64,000 nucleotides of DNA, taken from positions 64,001 through 128,000 of the forward strand of contig CAVSAC010000010.1 in NCBI GenBank assembly GCA_963725865.1, read 5' to 3'. The stretch's first letter is position 1. Every line of letters starts with the position of its first letter. This DNA comes from Candidatus Eiseniibacteriota bacterium. Its GTDB lineage: Bacteria > Eisenbacteria > RBG-16-71-46. Both the position numbers and the translations under genes were made by a program. Under the pieces are notes generated by a model. The model was not told the origin of the DNA. It saw nothing but the letters and a program-made list of their open reading frames with translations, and did no database searches. This document shows, piece by piece, positions 1 to 8,820 of the stretch.

Positions 1-705
1 CGTGAGGGCGTGCGCGAGCGGCGCCGGCGGCCCGTGCGCGCCGTCGAACAGCGCCTGCACCTCGCCGTAGTGGAGCCGCTGGCGGCTGCGGATCACCGTC
101 TCCGCGAGCCGGTAGCCGTGGAGTCCGCCGGCCTCGTCCAGCTCCGCGAGGACCGAGAGCGCCAGGCGGTCGCGGTCGGGCCGCAACGAGCACAGGTCGC
201 CGGACAACCGCTCGGGCAGCATCGGCACCACGCCGCCGGGCAGGTAGCAGGAAGTCCCGCGCAGGATGGCCTCGGCGTCCAGCGCCGAGCCCGGACGTAC
301 GTAGTGCGAGACGTCGGCGATGTGGATGCCGACCTCGTGCCGCCCGTGACCGAGGCTGCACACCGAGAGCGCGTCGTCGTGGTCGCGCGCGTCCTCGGGG
401 TCGATCGTGAAGGTCAGCGATTCGCGCAGGTCGAGCCGGCCGTGCCGCTCGCGCGCGCCCGGCTCGGCATGAGTGTCGGCTTCCGCGAGCGCCGGGTTCG
501 GGAACCGCCGCCGCAGGCGGAACTGCGAGGCGACGGCATCGTCGTCCCAGGCGGGACGGTCATCGGCGCCCAGCACCTCGACCAGCACGGCGGGCGCGTC
601 GTCGGGGACCTCGGCGATGCAGTAGTCCCCGTCCTCGGGGGCGTGGCGCCCCATCCAGACCAGCTCGCGCCGCCCCCCGCGCCAGCGGCGCGAGGGGTCG
701 AACAA
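1..705 (-). CDS. rnr: RNase R / RNase II (RNB-domain) exoribonuclease, 5' part; runs off the window start; start codon uncertain (TTG 705 or ATG 654)
   Basis: Not in the ORF track. Manual minus-strand translation gives RLDLRESLTFTIDPEDARDHDDALSV...VGIHIADVSHYVRPGSALDAEAILRGTSCYLPGGVVPMLPERLS, the RNB catalytic motifs with all acidic residues intact. Confidence 0.85.
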   Translation of the reverse strand, partial: MFDPSRRWRGGRRELVWMGRHAPEDGDYCIAEVPDDAPAVLVEVLGADDRPAWDDDAVASQFRLRRRFPNPALAEADTHAEPGARERHGRLDLRESLTFTIDPEDARDHDDALSVCSLGHGRHEVGIHIADVSHYVRPGSALDAEAILRGTSCYLPGGVVPMLPERLSGDLCSLRPDRDRLALSVLAELDEAGGLHGYRLAETVIRSRQRLHYGEVQALFDGAHGPPAPLAHALT

Positions 706-775
706 CCATCGGCCGCGCGCGAGGACCGCGCGGCCGATGAGTCGCGGAGCGTCGTCGGGGGGCGCCGACGAGGAA

Positions 776-871
776 CTAGCGGATGCGCTTCTTATGGCGA
801 TTCTTCCGGAGCCGCTTCTTGCGCTTGTGCGTCGCGATCTTCTTGCGCTTCCGCTTCTTTCCCGAACCCAT
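776..871 (-). CDS. small basic ribosomal protein bS22-like (AURKAIP1/COX24 family), 31 aa
   Basis: ATG 871 to TAG 776 reads MGSGKKRKRKKIATHKRKKRLRKNRHKKRIR, with GAGGAGAAGGA directly upstream. It fits the bS22 pattern (MxSGKKRKRxKxATHKRKKR..NRHK). Confidence 0.85.
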   Translation of the reverse strand: MGSGKKRKRKKIATHKRKKRLRKNRHKKRIR

Positions 872-903
872 TCCTTCTCCTCGTGTGGTGGGTGCGACCT
901 GGC

Positions 904-1212
904 TCAGGCCACGGTGGCGACTTCGGGCGTTTCCTGCGCCTCCAGCACCTGGGCCTTCAGCTCCTTGCTCGGCTTGAACACCGGGACGATCTTCGCGGGC
1001 ACCTTGACCTCCTCCCCGCTGCGCGGATTGCGCGCGCGGCGGGCGCGGCGCTCGCGCACCTTGAAGGTGCCGAATCCGCGGATCTCCAGGTGCCGCCCCT
1101 CGGACAGCGCGCGGCAGATGGCGCCCAGCATCTCGTCGACGATCAGCGCCGTGTGGTTCTTCGAGACTCCGGTCTGCGTGGCGACTTCTTCCACCAGTTC
1201 CGCCTTGGTCAT
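904..1212 (-). CDS. HU/IHF family DNA-binding protein
   Basis: MTKAELVEEVA...LEIRGFGTFKVRERRARRARNPRSGEEVKVPAKIVPVFKPSKELK; AGGAGG RBS. Confidence 0.95.
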   Translation of the reverse strand: MTKAELVEEVATQTGVSKNHTALIVDEMLGAICRALSEGRHLEIRGFGTFKVRERRARRARNPRSGEEVKVPAKIVPVFKPSKELKAQVLEAQETPEVATVA

Positions 1213-1246
1213 GGCTCGACCTCCTGTCGCTGGGTCTCTTCCTGGT

Positions 1247-1456
1247 TCACGTGGTACGGCGGCACGCGCAATCCGCCGATCCGCAAGGCCCAGGCGCGGA
1301 GGTCGGCCCCCCGCCCGTCACCGCGAAAGCGGAGATGCGCCGTTCGACGCTCCCTTGACCGCATCGGGGGCAGGCCGGCGCGGGAGCATCCGCCCTGGCG
1401 ACCAGGTCCTCGAAGGCCTCGCCGCAGGACGTGCAACGGTACTCGAAGATGGGCAT
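1247..1456 (-). CDS. FmdB family zinc-ribbon protein
   Basis: MPIFEYRCTSCG...CPRCG...VERRISAF, with an extra C-terminal CGSADCAC; GGAGG 9 nt before ATG 1456. Confidence 0.9.
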   Translation of the reverse strand: MPIFEYRCTSCGEAFEDLVARADAPAPACPRCGQGSVERRISAFAVTGGGPTSAPGPCGSADCACRRTT

Positions 1457-1514
1457 GCGCTGCATCCTCCGAGTCACAGCCAATGTAGCACGGCCGGAAC
1501 GTCTCGACACCGGA

Positions 1515-1808
1515 TCATCCGCGTGGCTCGCCGGGCGCCCCCGGGGCCGTGACCTCGTCGACGATCCCGACGATCACGGTCCGGATCGGCCCGCGCGGAC
1601 GGCGCAGCACCTGCGCCGCGCTGTTCCCCTCGTCCGCCACCAGCACGTGGTCGCCGGGGCCGGCCTGGGCCGCGTCGACCGCGATCTGCAGCTTGCCGCC
1701 GGCCGTGCCGGCCGCGTCGACGGGCTGCACCAGCATCAGCTTCTGCCCCGCCAGCGCCCGGTGCTTGATGGTCGCCACCACCTCGCCGACCACGCGCGCG
1801 AGGAACAT
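1515..1808 (-). CDS. BMC vertex pentamer (BMC-P, EutN/CcmL family)
   Basis: MFLARVVGEVVATIKH...KLMLVQP...IAVDAAQAGPGDHVLV...EGNSA...VIVGIVDE; the ATG overlaps the upstream TGA. Confidence 0.93.
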   Translation of the reverse strand: MFLARVVGEVVATIKHRALAGQKLMLVQPVDAAGTAGGKLQIAVDAAQAGPGDHVLVADEGNSAAQVLRRPRGPIRTVIVGIVDEVTAPGAPGEPRG

Positions 1809-2098
1809 CAGCGGCCGCCGACCATCGCGGGGTCGTGCGTGGCGTGGTCCACGATGCCGAGGATCGCGGCGTCCGCCGGGTTGTCGACATCCGGCAGCGC
1901 GTTGGCAGCCTCGCGTCCGCGGACGTAGAACACGTGCTGGCCCGGCGCGGCGGAGACCAGGTCGATCGCGACCAGCGGCCGCGCGCCCTGGGTGGCGCCC
2001 GCGGCGTCGGTCGGCTCGATCAGCAGCATGCGATGGCCGCGGAACGACGGCACCCGCGCCGTGCACACCACCGTGCCGAGGACCCGCGCGAACAGCAT
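1808..2098 (-). CDS. BMC vertex pentamer (BMC-P, EutN/CcmL family)
   Basis: MLFARVLGTVVCT...VAIDLVSAAPGQHV...GREA...PADAAILGIVD. Confidence 0.92.
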   Translation of the reverse strand: MLFARVLGTVVCTARVPSFRGHRMLLIEPTDAAGATQGARPLVAIDLVSAAPGQHVFYVRGREAANALPDVDNPADAAILGIVDHATHDPAMVGGR

Positions 2099-2646
2099 CA
2101 GAACACCTTCGCCTTCATCTGCGCCGCGAGCCGCGGCACCACCACGGATCGCGCCAGCAGCCCCTTCTTGAGCGCCTCGGCGCGGCCGGCCTCGATCGCG
2201 GCCTGGACGTCGCCGACCGCGCCGCTCAGGAACACGACGCCCTTGCCGCCGAGTCCGTTCGCGAGCCGGATGTCGCGCAGCAGCACGTCCGCGGCCTTGG
2301 CGGCGTGGTCGGCCGCGATGATCGCGGCGGCGGCGGTCATGGTCTCGATCACCCCGAGCGCGTCGTGGTCGGCGGGCGGCACGATCCCGCGCAGCGCCGG
2401 TACGACCATCTCGTGGAGCTGCGGGATGAACAGCGAGTCGAGCAGCGTCTCGGCCGCCACCTCGATGCCCCGACGGTACGCGGCACGCACGGTGGCGACC
2501 TCGCCCCCGATCAGCACCCAGTACTTGCCGGGCGAGAGCATGCTGGCCTCGACGAGGTCGACCTCGGCGGTCTTCACCATGGCGTCGCCGACGACGGCGC
2601 CCTGGGCGATGCTGCTGGTCTCGATGGCGGCGATGGCGACGTGCAT
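2098..2646 (-). CDS. tandem-domain BMC shell protein (BMC-T, PduT-like)
   Basis: Two BMC domains: AIAAIETSSIAQG...DAMVKTAEV...PGKY and ALGVIET...AADHAAKAADV...GLGGKG...GAVGDVQAAI. Confidence 0.92.
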   Translation of the reverse strand: MHVAIAAIETSSIAQGAVVGDAMVKTAEVDLVEASMLSPGKYWVLIGGEVATVRAAYRRGIEVAAETLLDSLFIPQLHEMVVPALRGIVPPADHDALGVIETMTAAAAIIAADHAAKAADVLLRDIRLANGLGGKGVVFLSGAVGDVQAAIEAGRAEALKKGLLARSVVVPRLAAQMKAKVF

Positions 2647-4061
2647 CAGACGATCCGGAACGCGTCCACCAGCGAGCAGCGACGCAGGCGCGTGAAGCTG
2701 CGCGCCGTGGTCATCCCCTCACCGGACGGACTCGCGATGGTGAACGACGTGGGGCCTTCGCCGCCGAACCCGAGGCCGGCGGCGTTGGGGCCGTTCTTGA
2801 CGAAGATGGAGCAGTCGCACAGACGCGCCATCTTCGAGAGCTTGTCGATGTTGCGGGAATGCATCGAGGCGGTGTGCCGGAAGCCGTGCTCGACCAGGAG
2901 CGCCAGGTCGATGGCGTCGTCCACGGTGCGGACGCGCGTCATCGGCAGGATCGGCATCATCATCTCGGTCCACAGGAACGGGTGGTCCTGGTCGACATCG
3001 CACAGCGCGATGCGCTTGCTCGAGTCGCACGGGATCCCGGCCTCGGCGAGGATCGCGTCGATGTTCTTGCCCACGTACTTGCGGTTGATGATCGCGTACT
3101 TGCGCGGGCCCTGCTCCTTCTCGAGCACCAATTGACGCAGCCGTTCGATCTGGTGCGGCTGGAGCACGATCGCGCCGCTGCGCGCGAACGCCTCCTTGAG
3201 CCGGTCGGCGATCATCGCGACCGCGATGACCTCCTTCTCGTCCGTGCAGATGATGTTGTTGTCGAGCGAGGCACCCATCACGAGGTCGCGGGCGGCCTTC
3301 TCGAGATCGGCGGTCTCGTCGACCACCGAGGGCGGGTTGCCGGGTCCGGCGGTGATGGCCTTCTTGCCGGCCGCCATCGCCTCCTTGACGACGCCCGGGC
3401 CGCCGGTGACCACGTTCAGGCGGATGCCGCGGTAGTTGAGCAGCTTCTGCGCGACCTCGATGGTCGGCCCGTCCACCGAGTGCAGCAGCGGTGCCGGTGC
3501 GCCGGCCCGGAGCGCCGCGCGGTTGAACAGATCGATGGTGAGGATCGAGACCTGGCGCGCGCTCGGGTGCGGGCAGAACAGCGCCACGTTGCCGCCCGCG
3601 ACCATCGAGATGCCGTTGTTGATGATGGTCTCGCTCGGGTTCGTGACCGGCGTGATCACCGCGATCACGCCGTACGGCGCGCGCTCGGCGAGCGTCATGC
3701 CGTGATCGCCCGTCCATGTGTGCGGCTCGAGGTCCTCGGGACCCGGGGTCTTCTCGGCCACCAGGCGGTTCTTGAGCAGCTTGTCCTCGACCCGCCCCAG
3801 GCCGGTCTCGCGCACCGCCGTCTCGGAGATCACGCGCAGGTTCGCGAGCATGGTCTCGCGCACCGCGGTGACGATGCGATAGCGCGTGGCCAGCGGCGTC
3901 TGGTCGTAGGCCTTGAACGCCTGCTGCGCCGCGGCGACCGCGGTGTCGAGATCGGGGTGCACGCCGAGCGGCGCTGTCCCCTTCGCCGGACCCGTTCCGC
4001 CGTCGAGCCGCTCCAGCACCTCGGCGACGATGGATTCGATGCGCTTCTCGTCGATCGCCAT
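2646..4061 (-). CDS. CoA-acylating aldehyde dehydrogenase (EutE/PduP family) with N-terminal encapsulation peptide
   Basis: PYGVIAVITPVTNPSET, VTGGPGVV, AGPGNPP, catalytic NNIICTDEKE, GFGGEGPTSFTIASPSGEG; N-terminal amphipathic helix DEKRIESIVAEVLERL. Confidence 0.95.
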   Translation of the reverse strand: MAIDEKRIESIVAEVLERLDGGTGPAKGTAPLGVHPDLDTAVAAAQQAFKAYDQTPLATRYRIVTAVRETMLANLRVISETAVRETGLGRVEDKLLKNRLVAEKTPGPEDLEPHTWTGDHGMTLAERAPYGVIAVITPVTNPSETIINNGISMVAGGNVALFCPHPSARQVSILTIDLFNRAALRAGAPAPLLHSVDGPTIEVAQKLLNYRGIRLNVVTGGPGVVKEAMAAGKKAITAGPGNPPSVVDETADLEKAARDLVMGASLDNNIICTDEKEVIAVAMIADRLKEAFARSGAIVLQPHQIERLRQLVLEKEQGPRKYAIINRKYVGKNIDAILAEAGIPCDSSKRIALCDVDQDHPFLWTEMMMPILPMTRVRTVDDAIDLALLVEHGFRHTASMHSRNIDKLSKMARLCDCSIFVKNGPNAAGLGFGGEGPTSFTIASPSGEGMTTARSFTRLRRCSLVDAFRIV

Positions 4062-4076
4062 GGGCGCGGGCCGCCG

Positions 4077-4394
4077 CTACGCGGTCGCCGGGGTGTGCCC
4101 CGGCGCGTGCTTGAGGTAGGTGTCCTTCCCGCCAGTCTCGACCGAGTCCACGATGCCGCAGATCACGGCGTCCACCGGCCGCTCCTTCGACACCTCGGTG
4201 AGTCGCGCGGAGGAGCCCTGGGCGACCATCACCAGCTCGCCGGTGCCCGCCCCCACCGCGTCGGCGGCGACCACGTAGGCCCCCGCCGGCTTGAACGACG
4301 CATCGACCTCACGGACGAGGAGCAGCTTGAGACCCAGCAGGCCGGTGTCCTTGCGCGTCGACACCACGGTGCCGATGACCTGCGCGAGGATCAC
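4077..4394 (-). CDS. BMC vertex pentamer (BMC-P, EutN/CcmL family)
   Basis: GTG 4394 start; ILAQVIGTVVSTRKD..L.GLKLLLV...VAADAVGAGTGELV...GSSAR...PVDAVICGIVDSV. Confidence 0.94.
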   Translation of the reverse strand: MILAQVIGTVVSTRKDTGLLGLKLLLVREVDASFKPAGAYVVAADAVGAGTGELVMVAQGSSARLTEVSKERPVDAVICGIVDSVETGGKDTYLKHAPGHTPATA

Positions 4395-4396
4395 GG

Positions 4397-4696
4397 CTAC
4401 TTCTTGCCCGACGGCTCGGGACGGCGGATCGGCAACACGTCCTCGAGCTGGCCGTGCGGACGCGGGATGACGTGGACCGAAACCACCTCGCCCACCTTCG
4501 CGGCCGCGGCGGCACCGGCTTCGGTGGCCGCGCGCACCGCGGCGACGTCGCCGCGCACGATCGCGGTCACGTAGCCGCCGCCGATCTTCTCGTAGTGCAC
4601 CAGCTGCACCCGCGCCGCCTTCACCATCGCGTCGGAGGCCTCGACCATCGCCACCCAACCGCGCGTCTCGATCAAGCCCAGAGCTTCTTCCTGCAT
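4397..4696 (-). CDS. BMC hexamer shell protein (BMC-H, EutM/PduA-like)
   Basis: [30 protein letters not shown]...[22 protein letters not shown]...[17 protein letters not shown]. Confidence 0.96.
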   Translation of the reverse strand: MQEEALGLIETRGWVAMVEASDAMVKAARVQLVHYEKIGGGYVTAIVRGDVAAVRAATEAGAAAAAKVGEVVSVHVIPRPHGQLEDVLPIRRPEPSGKK

Positions 4697-4713
4697 GCTA
4701 AGGCTCCTTGTGG

Positions 4714-5022
4714 TCACGGTACCTGCGATGGATCCTCCGCCCGGCTGGGCGGCCCTGCGATCGGTTCTTCGAGCAACGGGTCGGGGGCCGGGATAACGTG
4801 GCGAGTCAGGGGCTCGCCCACGCGCAGCGCGGCGCTCCAGCCGGCCGCCACCGCGGCCTCGACCTCGCCGACGGCACCGCGGACCTGGATGGTGACGAGC
4901 GCGTCCCGGACGATCTCGCAGCGCACGAGGCGCACCCGCGCCGCTTTGCACATGGCGTCCGCCGCTTCGACAGCGGCGACCCAGCCGCGCGTCTCGATGA
5001 GCCCCAGCGCCTCGCGTCCCAC
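4714..5022 (-). CDS. divergent BMC hexamer shell protein (BMC-H)
   Basis: GTG 5022; [27 protein letters not shown]...[15 protein letters not shown]...HVIPAP. Confidence 0.9.
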   Translation of the reverse strand: MGREALGLIETRGWVAAVEAADAMCKAARVRLVRCEIVRDALVTIQVRGAVGEVEAAVAAGWSAALRVGEPLTRHVIPAPDPLLEEPIAGPPSRAEDPSQVP

Positions 5023-5080
5023 TCCCCGCGCCCGCTCTCCTGGATGAGGTCGAACCCCTAACCTGTTGCTGAACCGACGC

Positions 5081-5110
5081 AAGTTAGCAGGGTGGCTCGG
5101 GCGGGGTCAA
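5081..5110 (-). promoter_or_regulatory. sigma70-type promoter of the BMC operon
   Basis: Minus strand TTGACC-N18-TAACTT with extended -10 TGc, about 60 nt upstream of the first BMC-H start. Confidence 0.65.
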
Positions 5111-5329
5111 TGCGATGCGACTCGAGCGGGCGAACGGGAGCGCGCCGGCATGGGCGCGCGGGCTCCGAGCCACGCGAATGCGCGGCGGGAGCGCGCCACG
5201 GGGCAAATTCATGGGCCCCGGCCGCGGCGAGATGTGTAAGCACAGGGTGCAAGATCCCGCGGGCACGGGGCCCTCATATCGTTCCCCGCCCAGACCGTGT
5301 ACCGGGCCGTAAGACTCCTTCGCTCGCGA

Positions 5330-5640
5330 TAGGGGGATCAGCCCACAGCCGGCCAATCACGAGTCGAGCAGGGAACACACCTTCAGGCTTTAGACCCTGG
5401 GAGTCTCACCGCTCGCGGTGTCGCGGCCCTGGCTGCGACCTCCGCGCCGGCTCGGCTCACCGGTCGCACCCATTGACTAGGGCAAGCGAGGTGCCAGTGG
5501 CGGGAGCACCCGATGGTCGCACCCGATGCAGCCGTGAGGGAGCGTGACCCCTTGAGGTTGCGCCGGAACCTTCGCGTTCCGATGGAGGCCGTGGTGGGGC
5601 GATCGCGCGGTCCGCGGGGCCGGCGATGGGCGCCCTCACC
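5330..5640 (+). ncRNA. candidate large structured non-coding RNA of unknown class
   Basis: Long-range closing helix 5341-5354/5618-5631, second helix 5356-5365/5587-5595, at least five internal arms and a possible loop-bulge pseudoknot. G-U pairs work on the + strand only. No credible ORF. See findings. Confidence 0.6.
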
Positions 5641-5671
5641 CGTCCTTTGCCCAACGTTGGGGGAAAGGGCG
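5641..5671. terminator. hairpin between the convergent opp 3' end and the candidate ncRNA 3' end
   Basis: CGTCCTTT...CCCAACGTTGGG...AAAGGGCG inverted repeat 12 nt past the oppF stop; no clear U-tract on either strand. Confidence 0.4.
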
Positions 5672-5682
5672 CGGAGTGGCGC

Positions 5683-6700
<1,018 letters not shown>

Positions 6701-6708
<8 letters not shown>

Positions 6709-7714
6709 GGGACGGCTCCCCGAACGCCTGCACGAGGCCGTCGGCGATCTCGTCCGCGCGCCAGCAGCGCACGCCGTGCCCGGCGACCGGCTCGAGCAGC
6801 GGCGGAGCTTCGCGGCAGCGATCCTGCGCGAGCGGGCAGCGCGGGTGAAAGCGGCAGCCGGCCGGGAACCGGGCTGGATCCGGCACCTGCCCGGGAATGG
6901 TCCGCAGCCGCTCGCGCCGCTCGCCCAGCCGCGGCCGCGACAGCAGCAGCCCCGCGGTGTACGGATGGAGCGGGCGCGCGAACGCCGTCCGCACGTCGCA
7001 CGCCTCCACCACCTGGCCCGCGTACATGACCACCACGCGGTCGGCGTTCTCCGCCACCACGCCGAGATCGTGCGTGATGAGCAGCACCGCCATCGCCAGC
7101 TCGCGGCGCAGCCGGCGGAGCAGGTCGAGGATCTGAGCCTGGATGGTGACGTCGAGCGCCGTGGTGGGCTCGTCCGCGATCAGCAGCGACGGCCGGCACG
7201 ACAGCGCCATCGCGATCATGACCCGCTGCCGCATGCCGCCCGACATCTGGTGCGGGTATTCGTCCACCCGCTGCTCCGGCGACGGGATGCCGACCCAGCG
7301 CATCATCTCGATCGCCCGCGCGCGCGCCACGGCGGCGCTCGCCCGCTCGTGCAGCCGGACCACCTCGGCGATCTGCTCCCCGCAGCTGATCACCGGATTG
7401 AGCGAGGTCATCGGCTCCTGGAACACCATCGAGATCTCGCGGCCGCGCACCGCGCGCATCGCGCGCTCGTCGAGGTCCAACAGCTCGCGGCCCTGGAAGC
7501 GCACGCTGCCGCCGACGATGCGCCCGGGGGGACTGGGGATCAGGCGCAGGATCGAGAGCGCGGTGACGCTCTTGCCGCTGCCCGACTCGCCCACCACCGC
7601 GAGCGTCTCCCCCGCCGCGAGGTCGAACGAGACCCCGTCCACCGCGCGCACGCGCCCGTCGTCGGTCTCGAAGTGGGTCTGCAGATCCCGCAGCTGCAGC
7701 AGGGGTGCGCTCAC
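6701..7714 (-). CDS. oppD: oligopeptide/dipeptide ABC transporter ATP-binding subunit (OppD/DppD)
   Basis: GTG 7714; [35 protein letters not shown]. Confidence 0.93.
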
Positions 7715-8820
7715 GCCGGCCGCCCTCCCGTGGGGTCGCGCGGGTCGAGCGCGTCGCGCAGGCCGTCGCCCAGCAGGTTGAACGCCATCACCGTCAGAAA
7801 GATCGCCACCCCCGGCACGTACAGCAGCCACGGCGACGAGGCGAGCACGTGCGAGCTGCGGGCCTGGTTCAGCATGTTGCCCCACGAGGCGCTGGGCTCC
7901 TGCACGCCGACGCCGAGGAACGAGAGCACCACCTCGCCGACGATGTAGCCGGGCACCGCCAGGGTCGCCGCCACGATCACGAACGACAGCGTGTTCGGCA
8001 GGATGTGGCGCACCAGGACGCGCGCCCGGCTCATGCCGAGCGCCTCGGCGGCCGCGACGTAGTCGGCGCGCCGGATCGCGAGCACCATGCCCCGGATCAC
8101 GCGCGCGAGTCCCGCCCAGCCGATGAACGCCAGGATCGCCACGATCCCGATGTACATCTGTCCGCTCGGCATCCGCGACGGGAACAGCGAGCGCAGCGCG
8201 ACCAGCAGGTAGAGCACCGGCACGCTCAGCAGCAGCTCGGAGGTGCGCATGAGCAGCGCGTCCGCCCACCCGCCCGCGTACCCCGCCAGGCCGCCCAGCA
8301 GCAGGCCGAGCGTGAACGAGATCGCGATGCCGACCAGTCCCACGCCGAGCGAGATGCGCCCGCCGTACAGCAGCCGTGTGAACACGTCGCGACCCAGCGG
8401 ATCGGTGCCCAGCAGGTGGATGCGCTCGGGGGCGTCCACCCCGAACAGGTGCGTGCGCGCCGGGATCAGCCCCGCCAGCCGGTACGGCTCCCCGCGCACC
8501 CACCAGCGCACGCGCACGAGGCGGGTGCGGTCCTCCGCGTACTCGAAGCCGCTCGCGTCGCTGCGGGTCGCGTAGACGAACGGCAGCACGTGCAGGCGGC
8601 CGGCACCCTCCATCCAGTGCAGCCGCTGCGGCGGCTGCAGGAACTTTCCGCGGTCCATCTCGTCCTCCGCGTAGGGCGCCAGGAACGGCGCCAGCAGCGC
8701 GGCGGCGTAGAACGCCACGAGCACGAGCGCGGCCATCACCGCCACGCGGTTGCGCCGAAAGCGGCGCAGGCGGCGGTGCGCGGGCGCCGGGCCGCCGAGC
8801 ACCAGCGCGGCGTCAGACAT
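7711..8820 (-). CDS. oppC: peptide ABC transporter permease (OppC/DppC)
   Basis: [27 protein letters not shown] loop [15 protein letters not shown]. Confidence 0.93.
   Translation of the reverse strand: MSDAALVLGGPAPAHRRLRRFRRNRVAVMAALVLVAFYAAALLAPFLAPYAEDEMDRGKFLQPPQRLHWMEGAGRLHVLPFVYATRSDASGFEYAEDRTRLVRVRWWVRGEPYRLAGLIPARTHLFGVDAPERIHLLGTDPLGRDVFTRLLYGGRISLGVGLVGIAISFTLGLLLGGLAGYAGGWADALLMRTSELLLSVPVLYLLVALRSLFPSRMPSGQMYIGIVAILAFIGWAGLARVIRGMVLAIRRADYVAAAEALGMSRARVLVRHILPNTLSFVIVAATLAVPGYIVGEVVLSFLGVGVQEPSASWGNMLNQARSSHVLASSPWLLYVPGVAIFLTVMAFNLLGDGLRDALDPRDPTGGRPA

Noticed and set aside
904..906. Readthrough of the HU TGA into the in-frame RNB gene
   Set aside because: The intervening frame looks like the off-frame reading of bS22 (S/R/A-rich), and I see no recoding signal.
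10..1488. Long + strand ORFs (e.g. 10-1488, 13119-16064, 25306-29148, 29451-32219, 34116-38054)
   Set aside because: Antisense shadows of recognisable minus-strand genes in high-GC DNA; they show no family motifs.
5139..5260. Resemblance to a group IIC intron 5' end (GCGCGCCGGCATGGG...AGGGTGCAAGATCCCG)
   Set aside because: It lacks the GTGCG start, the spacing is wrong, and there is no domain V/VI or reverse transcriptase.
5330..5640. Assignment as tmRNA, RNase P, SRP, 6S or cobalamin riboswitch
   Set aside because: No T-loop with CCA end, no GAGGAAAGTCC, no GGAAGGAAGCAG, no simple rod with central bubble and no B12 box. Judged by eye only, so an Rfam scan is still needed.
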